A DNA stretch of 64,000 nucleotides from a virus (IMGVR_UViG_3300030107_006096:20977-84976); one strand, 5' to 3'. Counted from the stretch's first letter, positions 1-12,728 are shown. Made by a program: numbers and translations. Notes: generated by a model not told the origin, from the sequence alone.

Positions 1-1
1 T

Positions 2-2035
2 GGACCTTTTTATGATATAACCAATCAATACAATGGAGCAGACTCTTATGGTCTAGGGAGTAGAACAATTTGTGAGAATTATTCCGGAGTCCCTTGTCGA
101 AGATTAGGAAAAGATTTTGTAGATCTTAACGTGGTTCCGGGAGAAACTTATCACTACTATACAACAAGTGTAAATGTATTTGATTCTAGCAATTCAATTT
201 ACGAAAGTAATCCAAGTCAAGTTGTGAGCATCACTGTTCCATCAACGAAATCAGGATTAGTCAATCAAGGAAATTATCGTAACATATTTGATCCAGATGA
301 TGGAAACTCTTCAAGTTCAGATCATATTATTTATGATGACGGAATCGTACCAATAGAAAATACATATGCAACATACTTTGATTTAATTGAAGGGTATAGA
401 TTGGGAAATAATAACCTATCAATTCCTTTCTTTGGTTTTGTAAATCCTTTTGAAAGTCCTTTACAGCCTGGCGTAGATCATACGAACTTCCCATTATACT
501 ATAGAATATCCGGAGACGATCTAAACTACGATCCTATTGGTATTCCAATGCCAACTGATCCAACATCATATCAATATATCATGGGATATTCTCATGAAAC
601 TGACAGTGATATTACTGGTATTGATTATGAATCTAATTATAAGTTAGCATTGGGATCTTCAAATCAAAATGGTCTTGCATTAATTAATTATCTAGATTCA
701 ATAGAAACTTTATGGTTGACAAGAAATTTTCCAAATCCAAATAATGAAAATCTTAGGAGTAAACTTGAACCTTACTACCATTCAAAAATTCATTTTAGCA
801 ACATCAAAAATCTTAAAAAGTTAGTAATTAATCCAGCTAGATATGGAAACGGAAGAAACGATTATGGAGAGGATTGGTCATATAGTGGTTCTTCTTCTCA
901 GGGGGACTCGCCCGAAACATACTTAGGTTACTATAGTGGAGTATACTTAGAAAATGATATCGATATACTTGGTAACTTAGAAGTTTTAATTGCTAGAGAT
1001 TCAAATCTAGATACCTCCTTCCAAAGCATGGAATATTTTAATTTCTATGACTTAAAATCCGTAAAGCATTTGGACTTGTCAAACAACAAATTGTATGTTG
1101 TTGATTATGATATTGACTCCACACATGGCATACACAATTTAGAAAAATTATATCTAAACAACAATAAAATAGGATCAAACAGTACAGCATGGATAGAGGA
1201 CTCAGCATATCCCGATCAAAATGATTCTATGCCTTTGTTTACACAATCTTTTAGTAATTTAAATATATGTGACGTTAGTAACAACGACATAAGAACTTTA
1301 AATAATACAACTGATATAGATACCGAAGAAACATTTATGGAAAATTTAAATGCTTCTAGTAATCCAAGACTAGGAATAGACGGAGAGTTTTTGATGAAAT
1401 CTCCAAACTTGAAATACTTAAATTTAAACTCTACAAATCTTCAACAAGGGGTAAGAATTAAGAATGCTTCTAATCTAGAATTTGCCACAATCAAAGGTGG
1501 TCAACTTAGAAGGTTATCAGTTTCTTCTAATACAAGACCAGATACATTTTCAAATCTTGAGCATTTAATTCTAGGATCATCAAATGCAGAGTTCACAACA
1601 TTAAACTTGAGATACGGTAATGGAAACAATCCTCAAGGCGAATATGCAGCCGCAGGAGGAGAGGGAAATTATTACGACTATGGTTTTTCGACATATAATT
1701 TAAGATCATTAGATGTTTCCGATTGTCCTACACTACAAAGTTTACATTTACCGCATTCAAGTGACTCTTACAGTGATGTTGCGAAAAAATACTTAGAAGT
1801 AGTTAACATTAGTAATACTAAATTAGGACTGCAAGCATCATTAGATTCCTTTATGGATAATGAAGCATTTTCTCCTACAAATTATCCATCGGGTCATGTT
1901 TTAGAAGTAATAGCAAAAAATGTTAAAGATGTAAGTAATAATCCTTGTTATTTGTCTAATGGAAAGTATAATGAATTGATTTCTGCCTGGGCTTCTACAG
2001 GGAGAACTATATTGTTAACCATTGATGTTTTATAA
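2..2035 (+). CDS. Large FN3-like + leucine-rich-repeat protein, 5'-truncated by the window edge (probable virion or adhesin protein)
   Basis: The frame of the 131..2035 ORF is open back to base 2. FN3-like segment DLNVVPGETYHYYTTSVN; LRR units such as LKSVKHLDLSNNKL, LEKLYLNNNKI, LNICDVSNNDI, LKYLNLNSTNL, LRSLDVSDCPTL. Confidence 0.7.
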   Translation, partial: GPFYDITNQYNGADSYGLGSRTICENYSGVPCRRLGKDFVDLNVVPGETYHYYTTSVNVFDSSNSIYESNPSQVVSITVPSTKSGLVNQGNYRNIFDPDDGNSSSSDHIIYDDGIVPIENTYATYFDLIEGYRLGNNNLSIPFFGFVNPFESPLQPGVDHTNFPLYYRISGDDLNYDPIGIPMPTDPTSYQYIMGYSHETDSDITGIDYESNYKLALGSSNQNGLALINYLDSIETLWLTRNFPNPNNENLRSKLEPYYHSKIHFSNIKNLKKLVINPARYGNGRNDYGEDWSYSGSSSQGDSPETYLGYYSGVYLENDIDILGNLEVLIARDSNLDTSFQSMEYFNFYDLKSVKHLDLSNNKLYVVDYDIDSTHGIHNLEKLYLNNNKIGSNSTAWIEDSAYPDQNDSMPLFTQSFSNLNICDVSNNDIRTLNNTTDIDTEETFMENLNASSNPRLGIDGEFLMKSPNLKYLNLNSTNLQQGVRIKNASNLEFATIKGGQLRRLSVSSNTRPDTFSNLEHLILGSSNAEFTTLNLRYGNGNNPQGEYAAAGGEGNYYDYGFSTYNLRSLDVSDCPTLQSLHLPHSSDSYSDVAKKYLEVVNISNTKLGLQASLDSFMDNEAFSPTNYPSGHVLEVIAKNVKDVSNNPCYLSNGKYNELISAWASTGRTILLTIDVL

Positions 2036-2519
2036 TGGAGTTGAAATGGAAGATAAAAATTTTAAGAATTCATCGTTTAAAGAAAAACTAGGAATGGCAA
2101 AAAGTTTTGCTCAGTCAGTAATTTCTAGGGGAATCACCAACAAAAAAGTAGATGCTACCACAAAACAGTTAAGGGTTATTAGTTGTTTTGGTGATGGGGG
2201 AGAACTCGTTCCATGTGAGTATCTAAGAGAAAGTAAAGAAGATTCCACTAAAAGTTTTTGTGGTGGTTGTGGCTGCGGAGATAGAAAAGGAACTTGGTTA
2301 AACGCTGATGCTTCTGAGTATAGTAAATTAGATTACCCAAAAGTTTCTTGTCCCTTACAAATGCCTGGTTTCACTAACTACGAAGAAAGTGAACCCGACG
2401 AAGCAGAAGAGCCAGTTACCAGAAGATACTATATTGAAAAAATGGAAATTGAAAGAATATCTAAAGTAAAGGTATCGCTGCCTGATCCCCCAAAACAGGA
2501 AAAGAAAGAGTCTGACTGA
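2022..2519 (+). CDS. Cys-rich hypothetical protein, putative metal-binding (likely start ATG 2046)
   Basis: PCEYL, FCGGCGCGD and VSCP motifs; GGAG at 2037-2040 precedes ATG 2046. Confidence 0.55.
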   Translation: MMFYNGVEMEDKNFKNSSFKEKLGMAKSFAQSVISRGITNKKVDATTKQLRVISCFGDGGELVPCEYLRESKEDSTKSFCGGCGCGDRKGTWLNADASEYSKLDYPKVSCPLQMPGFTNYEESEPDEAEEPVTRRYYIEKMEIERISKVKVSLPDPPKQEKKESD

Positions 2520-2539
2520 AAAATAGGGTTGCTCCAACT

Positions 2540-2547
2540 TATACATA
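2540..2547 (+). promoter_or_regulatory. Possible late promoter variant TATACATA upstream of gp13
   Basis: One mismatch to TATAAATA, intergenic, about 20 nt before the gp13 start. Confidence 0.4.
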
Positions 2548-2568
2548 ATATGAAAACAGGAGTTTCAT

Positions 2569-3375
2569 ATGGCAACCCCAAACTCAGTAGATTCTCTAAT
2601 TGATTACTGTTTCAGACGATTGGGAGATCCAGTAGTCGATATAAATGTTGACAGGCAGCAAGCAGAAGAACGTGTTGAAGATGCTTTGGATTTCTTTGCT
2701 GAAAGACATTTTGATGGAGTTGAAAGACATTACTATAAGTATAAAGTAACTTCCGACGACATCACAAATGGTTATATAGACACTTCAGGATTGACTGCTG
2801 GCAGCGGTGCAGGCTATACGGCTGCACCAGCAGGTGATAAAATTTTATCCGTCGTGAGGGTATATCCATTTGGAAGTCAAACTAAAAACATGTTTAGTGT
2901 TCGATACCAAATGTCTCTTCAGGATTATTTTGGTGTCAATCGTGGATTGAATGCTAGTAGTTCTATGGGAATCGCTAGTTTTGATTCTGCAAAAAGATTT
3001 ATTAGTCTTGTAGAACAAATGTTTAATCCTGAAAAGCAGTTTAGATTTAGTAAAGTTACAAATAGACTATACATTGATATGGATTGGGATGAAGATATTG
3101 ATGCAGGCGATTTCATAGTATTTGAGGCTTATTCTTTATTGAACGCAACAACATTCACTGAAATTTACAATGACAGGTTATTAAAAGAATATGTTACCTC
3201 TTTAATAAAACGTCAGTGGGGAGCAAATCTTTCTAAGTTTGAAGGTGTTCAATTGCCGGGTGGAGTTACTGTAAGGGGCGGAGAACTATTTAGAGAAGCA
3301 CAGGAAGAGATTCAGAGAATAGAAGAGAGAGTTCTTTTAGAGTATGAATTACCCCCTGATTTCATGGTTGGATAA
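2569..3375 (+). CDS. gp13: Neck protein gp13
   Basis: LIDYCFRRLGDPVVDINVD, KRQWGANLSKFEGVQLPGG and YELPPDFMVG motifs; synteny with gp14-gp15. Confidence 0.93.
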   Translation: MATPNSVDSLIDYCFRRLGDPVVDINVDRQQAEERVEDALDFFAERHFDGVERHYYKYKVTSDDITNGYIDTSGLTAGSGAGYTAAPAGDKILSVVRVYPFGSQTKNMFSVRYQMSLQDYFGVNRGLNASSSMGIASFDSAKRFISLVEQMFNPEKQFRFSKVTNRLYIDMDWDEDIDAGDFIVFEAYSLLNATTFTEIYNDRLLKEYVTSLIKRQWGANLSKFEGVQLPGGVTVRGGELFREAQEEIQRIEERVLLEYELPPDFMVG

Positions 3376-3379
3376 TTAA

Positions 3380-4306
3380 ATGGCAAGAAATCCCTATTTC
3401 AAAGACTATAGTGGCGAACAAGACGTTGCGGAAGATCTGACCATTGAAACGATAAAGGCAATGGGAAGAGATATGGTTTATATACCCAGAACCATTCTCA
3501 CCAAAGACGATATTTTTGGCGAAGACATTCTTTCGAAATTTTCCGATGGATATGACATTGAAATGTACATTCAGTCTGTAGATGGTTTTGAAGGTGAAGG
3601 AGACATCATATCAAGATATGGATTGCAGGTCAAAGATAGGGTAGAACTTTTAGTTTCAAGAAGAAGATTTGAACAAGAGGTTACGACTGTCGCTGGAATT
3701 AATAGGCCGCGAGAGGGAGATTTAATTTATTTTCCCCTAAGCAAAAGTCTTTTTGAAATTCAATTTGTTGAACACGAAAATCCTTTTTATCAACTAGGAA
3801 AACTTTACGTTTATAAATTATCATGTGAACTGTTCCTCTATGATCAGAAACAAGAAATTGATACAGGAATCAGTGACATTGATAGTGTTGAGGACGAAAG
3901 AAAAGAATATGTTATCAAACTAACTCTTGGAGATAGGGTCAGTGGCACGTCTTATGTAAATTACTTAGAGGGAGAGGAAGTATTTCAGGTATTGGGAGTC
4001 AATGGAGCAACTGCTGCCGACGCCACTGCAACAGCAACAGTTATTGACTGGGACTCTACGGGCAAGATTCTTCAAATTTCAAACGTGTCAGGAACGATTG
4101 CTACTGGATCAACAGAGAGTATAAAGGGATCTTTGTCTGCAACAGAATACAAAGTTACATCGAAAGATACTACAAATATTATTGCTCCAACTGAACCAGA
4201 AAATAGTTCAATGATGGGAGATAATGAAGATCTCGAATATGGAATTGATTTTGATAACATCTTTGACTTTACAGAAACAGATCCATTCTCGGAAGGTGAT
4301 TATTAA
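3380..4306 (+). CDS. gp14: Neck protein gp14
   Basis: RPREGDLIYFP, FVEHENPFYQLGK, C-terminal FDFTETDPF; synteny. Confidence 0.93.
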   Translation: MARNPYFKDYSGEQDVAEDLTIETIKAMGRDMVYIPRTILTKDDIFGEDILSKFSDGYDIEMYIQSVDGFEGEGDIISRYGLQVKDRVELLVSRRRFEQEVTTVAGINRPREGDLIYFPLSKSLFEIQFVEHENPFYQLGKLYVYKLSCELFLYDQKQEIDTGISDIDSVEDERKEYVIKLTLGDRVSGTSYVNYLEGEEVFQVLGVNGATAADATATATVIDWDSTGKILQISNVSGTIATGSTESIKGSLSATEYKVTSKDTTNIIAPTEPENSSMMGDNEDLEYGIDFDNIFDFTETDPFSEGDY

Positions 4307-5190
4307 TGTTTAGATCTTTTTACAACGAATCTATTCGAAGATTAGTGGTCGCTTTTGGATCCCTTTTCAATGATATTACTTTGAAATCTACTAACTCATC
4401 TGGCAATGAGGAAATTATAAGAGTTCCTTTATCCTATGGACCAAAAGAAAAGTTTCTTCGAAGAATAGAGGAAGCAAGTTCAATATCAGGCACATCAAAG
4501 GTGCAAATGACATTACCTAGACTTGGGTTTGATATAACAGATATTTCATATGATCCTCAAAGAAAAAGAAATACTCTGCAACAAAGAAGAGAAATATTGC
4601 CTGGAGGCACTGGAGGCCAGGCCTCATATTCATATGCTGAAGTCCCTTATAATTTTAACTTTTCTCTTTACGGTTTTGTTAAAAATATGACAGACGCTCT
4701 TCAAATGACAGAGCAAATATTGCCCTATTTTACACCAGAATTCAATGTCACAATAAGATTCAATGACATCAATAAAAAAGTAGATGTTCCAATTATATTG
4801 AACAGCGTTTCAATTGAAGAAGACTATGAAGGAGATTTTGAATCTCGAAGAAGCATAATAACTCAATACGACTTCACGGCGAAATCATATGTATTTGGAG
4901 AGACACGAAAGAAAAATACCATTCTCTATACAGAAAATACTTTCTACAATCTTGTCGGAGATAATTATACAAGAAGTGGAGTAAGTGGTGCAATTTCAAG
5001 AGTGGATGTTGGAGTAAGTGGTGCTTCTGTTGATGGATCATATACTGGCTATACTATGAATAATTACACAACTTACACTAACATATATACAGTTGGACCC
5101 AGCGGATCAACAGTTGACGGTCAAAGATATATGGATACTTATGGAAATACATATTCGGGTGCGACGTATAATCCTCCGAATCCAACTTAG
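4306..5190 (+). CDS. gp15: Tail sheath stabilizer/terminator gp15 with a Gly/Ser/Thr/Tyr-rich C-terminal extension
   Basis: FYNESIRRLVVAFGSLFN, VPLSYGPKEKF, EQILPYFTP, EEDYEGDF. Confidence 0.92.
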   Translation: MFRSFYNESIRRLVVAFGSLFNDITLKSTNSSGNEEIIRVPLSYGPKEKFLRRIEEASSISGTSKVQMTLPRLGFDITDISYDPQRKRNTLQQRREILPGGTGGQASYSYAEVPYNFNFSLYGFVKNMTDALQMTEQILPYFTPEFNVTIRFNDINKKVDVPIILNSVSIEEDYEGDFESRRSIITQYDFTAKSYVFGETRKKNTILYTENTFYNLVGDNYTRSGVSGAISRVDVGVSGASVDGSYTGYTMNNYTTYTNIYTVGPSGSTVDGQRYMDTYGNTYSGATYNPPNPT

Positions 5191-5197
5191 GTGAATT

Positions 5198-7353
<2,156 letters not shown>

Positions 7354-7355
7354 GT

Positions 7356-7363
7356 TATAAATA
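7356..7363 (+). promoter_or_regulatory. T4-type late promoter for gp18
   Basis: Intergenic TATAAATA upstream of the AAGGAG RBS and ATG 7421. Confidence 0.8.
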
Positions 7364-7420
7364 TCGTAGATAAAAGATATAATTTCCAAATGAAATGATC
7401 ATTCTACAAGGAGAATTCAA

Positions 7421-9547
7421 ATGCCATTTAGTGTTAGCCCTAGTGTTACCGTAACAGAACTAGATCAAAGTTCAATCATCCCTCAAATCGCAACCACAAC
7501 TGGTGCATTCGTGGGAAGATTTGACAAAGGTCCCGTGGATAAAATCGTCGATATTTCAAGCGAGAAAGAACTTTTCGCAATTTTCGGAAAACCATCAGCA
7601 GGAGAAAGAGGAACAGACTGGTGGACATGCGCCAACTTCTTAAACTACAGCGATAAATTAAAGGTCGTTAGAGTTGATGAAGGTGGGGATCAATATAGCA
7701 CGGCATTGGGCGGCGGTGTTGGTTTGACTGCCGGTCGTCCTGCGGCACTTCAAGGAATAACCACTGGAGGAGTAACAACTCTTCCTAGAGTAGAATTTAA
7801 AGAACCGGGACAAATAGGAAATAGTTTAAGATTAGTTGTTTTCCCTGCCGGTGCAGGAGATCCTACTATTCTTTCTGGTACTGGTATTCGATCAGCAGCA
7901 GGAGGTATTGGAAATATTGGAAGTGTTGCAGATTGGAATACTGGCGGAACTGACACCTTTTCTGCCGGCGTCATGGTGAATCCTCTGGGTGGTTTCTATG
8001 CTCCCACTGATACTGATCTTTTCTCCTATAGACCGACAACAACGGGAGAAGTATATAAATCTCATAGAAATGGAATTTTAGCATCTGGAGTTAACAACAC
8101 CACGAACGGCGCAACTATGGATGAAGTTCATATTGCTCTTATTGATGAGAAGGGCTTGATTGCTTCGAATGAAGGAATTACTGGAACAGTCCTTGAAAAA
8201 TGGGAAGGTCTCTCTATGTGGAGAGGTGTTTACGACGGTGCAGGTAAAAACATCTACTATAAAGATGTAATCAATAATGAATCTAATTACATTACAATCG
8301 AAGAGGATATTGATAAGAGTTTGTTTGTAGCACAACATAAGCGTGGCAATGATCTGCCTTGGATAGGCGAAGATTCTACTTTTGGTCATGCAGTAACCGG
8401 CCACACGTTCTCAAATAACGATCCATTGTGGAGTCCCGGCACTACTTTCATGCCGATGCTTCAGTTCTCTGACATGTATACTAATGCGGGTGACAGTGTT
8501 AATCATAATGGCATATCCGCAGGTTATACTGCTTCACCATTAGCATATAATGTAGTATTCAGTGGTGGTCTAGATAGTGGAATCACTTGGCCATATGAAG
8601 GTGCAGGAACCGACAAGGGTAGTGGATTGTTCAATCCGCATCTGGCTGCGATTAAGAACGCATACAGAAAGCACTTTAGAGATTCAGAACAAGTTGATAT
8701 AGATTTGATTCTCGGTGGTGCCGCTGGAAAGATTCTTTCGGCAGATCTCATTGATATAGCAGAACATAGAAAAGATTGTGTCGCGTTTATCTCACCTCCA
8801 ATTTCACCAACTGAAACCGAATATAATTCTGTGGTTTACCAGTCAGAATTACATGGTTTCTCAGGACCTACAAATATCATTAATTATAGAAACGCAAATA
8901 ACTTAAATTCATCTTACGCAGTAATGGACACTGGATGGAAGTATATGTTTGATTCATATAACGGATTCTTCCGATGGGTTCCATTGAATGCAGATGTTGC
9001 TGGACTTTGTGCAAGAACTGAAAATACACAGGAAGCATGGTTCTCTCCTGCTGGATTTAATAGAGGAAGAGTTCAGGGTGTAGTCAAACTTGCAATCAAT
9101 CCAGATAAAGCTGAACGAGATAGACTGTATGCCGCAGGAATTAATCCTGTAGTTTCTTTCCCCGGAGAAGGAACAGTATTGTTTGGTGATAAGACTCTAC
9201 AAAGAAGACCAAGTGCATTGGATAGAATTAATGTACGAAGGTTGATGATTCACTTGGAGAAAGCAATCGCTACTGCTGCCAAGTTCCAACTCTTTGAGTT
9301 TAACGATGTCTTCACTCGAAGATCTTTCGTTAGCACGATCACTCCTTTCTTAAGAAGAGTTCAAGCGAAGAGAGGAATTACAGACTTTAGAGTTGTATGT
9401 GATGAAACAAACAATGATACTTCTGTTATCGAAAATAATCAATTCGTAGCAGACATATTCATCAAACCAGCAATGTCAATCAACTTTATAAATCTGAACT
9501 TCGTGGCTGTTCGACAAGATGCAACTTTCACAGAATCTACTACCTGA
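7421..9547 (+). CDS. gp18: Tail sheath protein gp18
   Basis: SPSVTVTELD, WFSPAGFNRG, LFGDKT, DRINVRRL, FRVVCDETNN. Confidence 0.97.
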   Translation: MPFSVSPSVTVTELDQSSIIPQIATTTGAFVGRFDKGPVDKIVDISSEKELFAIFGKPSAGERGTDWWTCANFLNYSDKLKVVRVDEGGDQYSTALGGGVGLTAGRPAALQGITTGGVTTLPRVEFKEPGQIGNSLRLVVFPAGAGDPTILSGTGIRSAAGGIGNIGSVADWNTGGTDTFSAGVMVNPLGGFYAPTDTDLFSYRPTTTGEVYKSHRNGILASGVNNTTNGATMDEVHIALIDEKGLIASNEGITGTVLEKWEGLSMWRGVYDGAGKNIYYKDVINNESNYITIEEDIDKSLFVAQHKRGNDLPWIGEDSTFGHAVTGHTFSNNDPLWSPGTTFMPMLQFSDMYTNAGDSVNHNGISAGYTASPLAYNVVFSGGLDSGITWPYEGAGTDKGSGLFNPHLAAIKNAYRKHFRDSEQVDIDLILGGAAGKILSADLIDIAEHRKDCVAFISPPISPTETEYNSVVYQSELHGFSGPTNIINYRNANNLNSSYAVMDTGWKYMFDSYNGFFRWVPLNADVAGLCARTENTQEAWFSPAGFNRGRVQGVVKLAINPDKAERDRLYAAGINPVVSFPGEGTVLFGDKTLQRRPSALDRINVRRLMIHLEKAIATAAKFQLFEFNDVFTRRSFVSTITPFLRRVQAKRGITDFRVVCDETNNDTSVIENNQFVADIFIKPAMSINFINLNFVAVRQDATFTESTT

Positions 9548-9552
9548 TAGAG

Positions 9553-9560
9553 TATAAATA
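9553..9560 (+). promoter_or_regulatory. T4-type late promoter for gp19
   Basis: Intergenic TATAAATA followed by AAGGAG and ATG 9583. Confidence 0.85.
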
Positions 9561-9582
9561 GTAACAGTCAAGGAGAATATAA

Positions 9583-10101
9583 ATGTCAATAGATACTTTT
9601 GCTGACAAGTTTAGAGGGGGAATGAGACCTACACTCTTTAGAGTGGATGGTAACATTCCAGGCCAAAACACATCAAGTGAGGATAGAACTTTCTTCATTA
9701 AGTCATCTCAATTCCCCGCATCTACTGTGGGTGTAATTGAAGTGCCATATAAAGGAAGAAAGATTAAAAGACCCGGAGATAGAACATTTGCTGAATGGTC
9801 AATTACTGTTTTAGCAGATGAAGCGGGAAGTATTCGAGCAGATTTTGTTCATTGGTTGGAAAGAATTAATTCCCATCAAAATATTACAGTTTCTGATAAT
9901 GTAAATGATATCTTTGCTGAGTGGAGTATAACTGCTCTTGGTGTTAATGATCAACCATTAGATACAATTACACTTGTGAGATGCTTCCCAACAGAAGTTG
10001 GAGCAATGGATTTCAGTTACGAAACTACAGATTCGGTAGCAGAGTTTACTGTAACGCTGCAATACGATTACTGGTTAGGCGGCGGTGCAGCCGGCTCCTG
10101 A
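9583..10101 (+). CDS. gp19: Tail tube protein gp19
   Basis: GGMRPTLF, VPYKGRKIKRPGDRTFAEWSIT, EFTVTLQYDYW. Confidence 0.95.
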   Translation: MSIDTFADKFRGGMRPTLFRVDGNIPGQNTSSEDRTFFIKSSQFPASTVGVIEVPYKGRKIKRPGDRTFAEWSITVLADEAGSIRADFVHWLERINSHQNITVSDNVNDIFAEWSITALGVNDQPLDTITLVRCFPTEVGAMDFSYETTDSVAEFTVTLQYDYWLGGGAAGS

Positions 10102-10121
10102 TTAATTGAAAGGTTTACATT

Positions 10122-11678
10122 ATGCCATTTGACCTCTTTGGATTTACTATTGGAAAGAGGGGAAAGGAATCCCCTAAACCAACTACATTTGAAAATCAGG
10201 CCGACAAAAGCATCAAGTCTTTTGTCGGTCCTGATGATTATGATGGAGCCATGACAGTTGAAGCTGGTGGTGTCTTCGGAACATATATTGATTTTTCCGG
10301 AGCAGTAAAAAACGAAAACGATTTAGTTCGTAGATTTAGATCAATGTCACTATTTCCAGAAGTGGATATGGCAATAACTGACATTGCAAATGACGCAATC
10401 GTTTTTGATGATGAGAAAAAACCAGTTCAAATAAGTCTGGGCGAAACTAATCTATCAGATAATATTAAGAAAAAGATAGAGGATGAATTCGAATCAATCC
10501 TTTATCTTTTAAATTTCAATAACAAAGGTTATGATATATTCAGAAGATGGTATGTGGACAGTAAATTATTCTACCACATCATTATCGATGAGAATAATCC
10601 TAAAAAGGGAATAAAAGAATTACGACCGATCGATCCTGTTAAAATTCAAAAGATAAGAAAAGTTAATAAACAAAATCTAAAAGCTAATGGAGCGTCTGTT
10701 CCCATAGTAACAGACGTTGAAGAATTCTTTCTTTACGTTGAAACTGATAAACAGGCTTTATACCAAACATCAACGCAAGGTTTAAAAATTGCACCCGATT
10801 CAATTTGTTACGTTCATTCAGGACAAATAGATACCGGATCTAAAAGAGTAATAGGTTATCTACAAAAAGCAATTAGACCTTTAAATATGCTTCGTCAGAT
10901 CGAGGATGCTGTCGTTGTATATAGAATCTCCCGAGCGCCGGAAAGAAGAATTTTCTATATCGATGTTGGTAACTTACCAAAACAAAAAGCAGAACAATAT
11001 CTCAAAGGAATTATGAATCGTTATCGTAATAAGATAACGTACAATGAAACAACTGGTGAAATTGAAGACGATAGAAGGCACATGAGCGTTCTTGAAGATT
11101 ACTGGTTGCCAAGACGAGAAGGTGGCAGAGGAACAGAAATTTCTACTCTTGATGGTGGACAAAACTTAGGAGAGATGGAAGATGTCATGTACCTACAGAA
11201 AAAATTATATCGTGCGTTGAATGTTCCTCCTTCAAGATTAGAAGCAGAGAATGGCTTTAATATGGGAAGATCTGCTGAGATTACTAGAGACGAAGTAAAG
11301 TTTTCAAAGTTTGTAGATCGACTTAGAATGAGATTTTCTGAATTATTCTTAAGATTGCTTCGTTCACAGTTAATATTAAAGGGAATAATTAAGCAGGAAG
11401 ACTGGGATAAAATTTATCAAAACATTGCTTTTAAATTTAAGACAGACTCTTATTTCCAAGAATTAAAAGAGAATGAAATTCTTAAAGAACGAGCAGAGAT
11501 GTTAAGAGATTTGGATGAATATATTGGAAAGTATTATTCGATTGAATATATTCGAACGAGAGTATTACATCAAACTGAAGAAGAAATAAAAGAAATAGAT
11601 TCACAGATAAAACAAGAAACCGATCAAGGTTTAATAGATTCGGGTGAAGAACCTGAAGGAGAGGAAGATTTTGAATGA
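10122..11678 (+). CDS. gp20: Portal protein gp20
   Basis: YRISRAPERRIFYIDVGNLP, EDYWLPRREGGRGTEISTL, EITRDEVKF. Confidence 0.98.
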   Translation: MPFDLFGFTIGKRGKESPKPTTFENQADKSIKSFVGPDDYDGAMTVEAGGVFGTYIDFSGAVKNENDLVRRFRSMSLFPEVDMAITDIANDAIVFDDEKKPVQISLGETNLSDNIKKKIEDEFESILYLLNFNNKGYDIFRRWYVDSKLFYHIIIDENNPKKGIKELRPIDPVKIQKIRKVNKQNLKANGASVPIVTDVEEFFLYVETDKQALYQTSTQGLKIAPDSICYVHSGQIDTGSKRVIGYLQKAIRPLNMLRQIEDAVVVYRISRAPERRIFYIDVGNLPKQKAEQYLKGIMNRYRNKITYNETTGEIEDDRRHMSVLEDYWLPRREGGRGTEISTLDGGQNLGEMEDVMYLQKKLYRALNVPPSRLEAENGFNMGRSAEITRDEVKFSKFVDRLRMRFSELFLRLLRSQLILKGIIKQEDWDKIYQNIAFKFKTDSYFQELKENEILKERAEMLRDLDEYIGKYYSIEYIRTRVLHQTEEEIKEIDSQIKQETDQGLIDSGEEPEGEEDFE

Positions 11679-12193
11679 ATAAAAATCTAAAAGACATGTT
11701 GAGTGCATCTATTAATAATGACATCGATTCTTTTACAGCATCCTTTGAAGCTGAAGTTAATGATAGAATTTCTTCGAAGATAGCACAAAAGCATTCTGAG
11801 GTTGCTCAGAATGTGATGAAAGATGAAACACAAGTAGAAGAGGCTTTTTCGAAACAATCTAGATCAAATAATTATGACTTCAGAAGCAAAAATGATTTGA
11901 ATAAATTTGTAAAAGCAGTTATGAAAGCTGGAGTTAAAAAAACTAATTTAAAGATATCAGGTACGAATGTTGTAGTGAAAGATTTGGATGATGGTGACAT
12001 GGGAGAGATTATTTATTTTATGGCAAAAGATATGAAAGCAGTCACCGAATCTAAAGATACTAAAATAGAAAAAAACCTAAATAATTGGCAAAACGATGAA
12101 GATCTAATAAGCAATTTAATGAATTGCATAGAGTCCGAAGATTATAGTAATATCTTAGATTTAGCAGAGGAACTATCAAATGACATTAACTAA
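11675..12193 (+). CDS. Prohead core / internal head protein (gp67-like position)
   Basis: Lies between portal and protease; helical and charged; E-A sites resembling gp21 cleavage sites. Confidence 0.5.
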   Translation: MNKNLKDMLSASINNDIDSFTASFEAEVNDRISSKIAQKHSEVAQNVMKDETQVEEAFSKQSRSNNYDFRSKNDLNKFVKAVMKAGVKKTNLKISGTNVVVKDLDDGDMGEIIYFMAKDMKAVTESKDTKIEKNLNNWQNDEDLISNLMNCIESEDYSNILDLAEELSNDIN

Positions 12194-12728
12194 AAGAATT
12201 ATAGACTTACTTCAAGAAAATAAATTAGTTGAAGCCACAGACATGACTGAGACTGTTTTATATTCCAAACTTACAGAAATTTTAGCAGAGAAGTATGAGG
12301 AAATTTCTCCCACTCTCTTTGGTGAGGCTAAGAAAGCAAAAGTCACGGACAAAGATGATGATGGTGAAGGAATGGATCCAGTTGGACATGGTGATGATGA
12401 TATTGATAATGATGGCGATTCTGATGATTCTGATGAGTATTTAAAGAACCGAAGAAAAGCAATCGGTAAAGCCATTAAGAAAGAACAAACAGAAGTTGAG
12501 GAGCAAGAAGAACCAAAAGCTCAAAAGAAAGGAACCGTTTACGGAATTTCCAAAGGTGCTTATAAAGCTAAATCTCCCGAACAAAGATCTTTAATTAAAC
12601 AGAAGCATCATAGAGATGCCGAGAAGTCCGAAAGAGAAGCAGAAAGAGAACGTGTCAAGAAAGCAAGAGAACGGTCTCAACAGCAAAGGGTTGATCAGGA
12701 AAGAGACATGGAGGCAGGTCGAGGATGA
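12180..12728 (+). CDS. Prohead core / internal head protein with acidic DxDNDGD motif
   Basis: DPVGHGDDDIDNDGDSDDSDEYLKNRRKAI, a motif type recalled from T4-like internal proteins; lies before gp21. Confidence 0.55.
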   Translation: MTLTKRIIDLLQENKLVEATDMTETVLYSKLTEILAEKYEEISPTLFGEAKKAKVTDKDDDGEGMDPVGHGDDDIDNDGDSDDSDEYLKNRRKAIGKAIKKEQTEVEEQEEPKAQKKGTVYGISKGAYKAKSPEQRSLIKQKHHRDAEKSEREAERERVKKARERSQQQRVDQERDMEAGRG

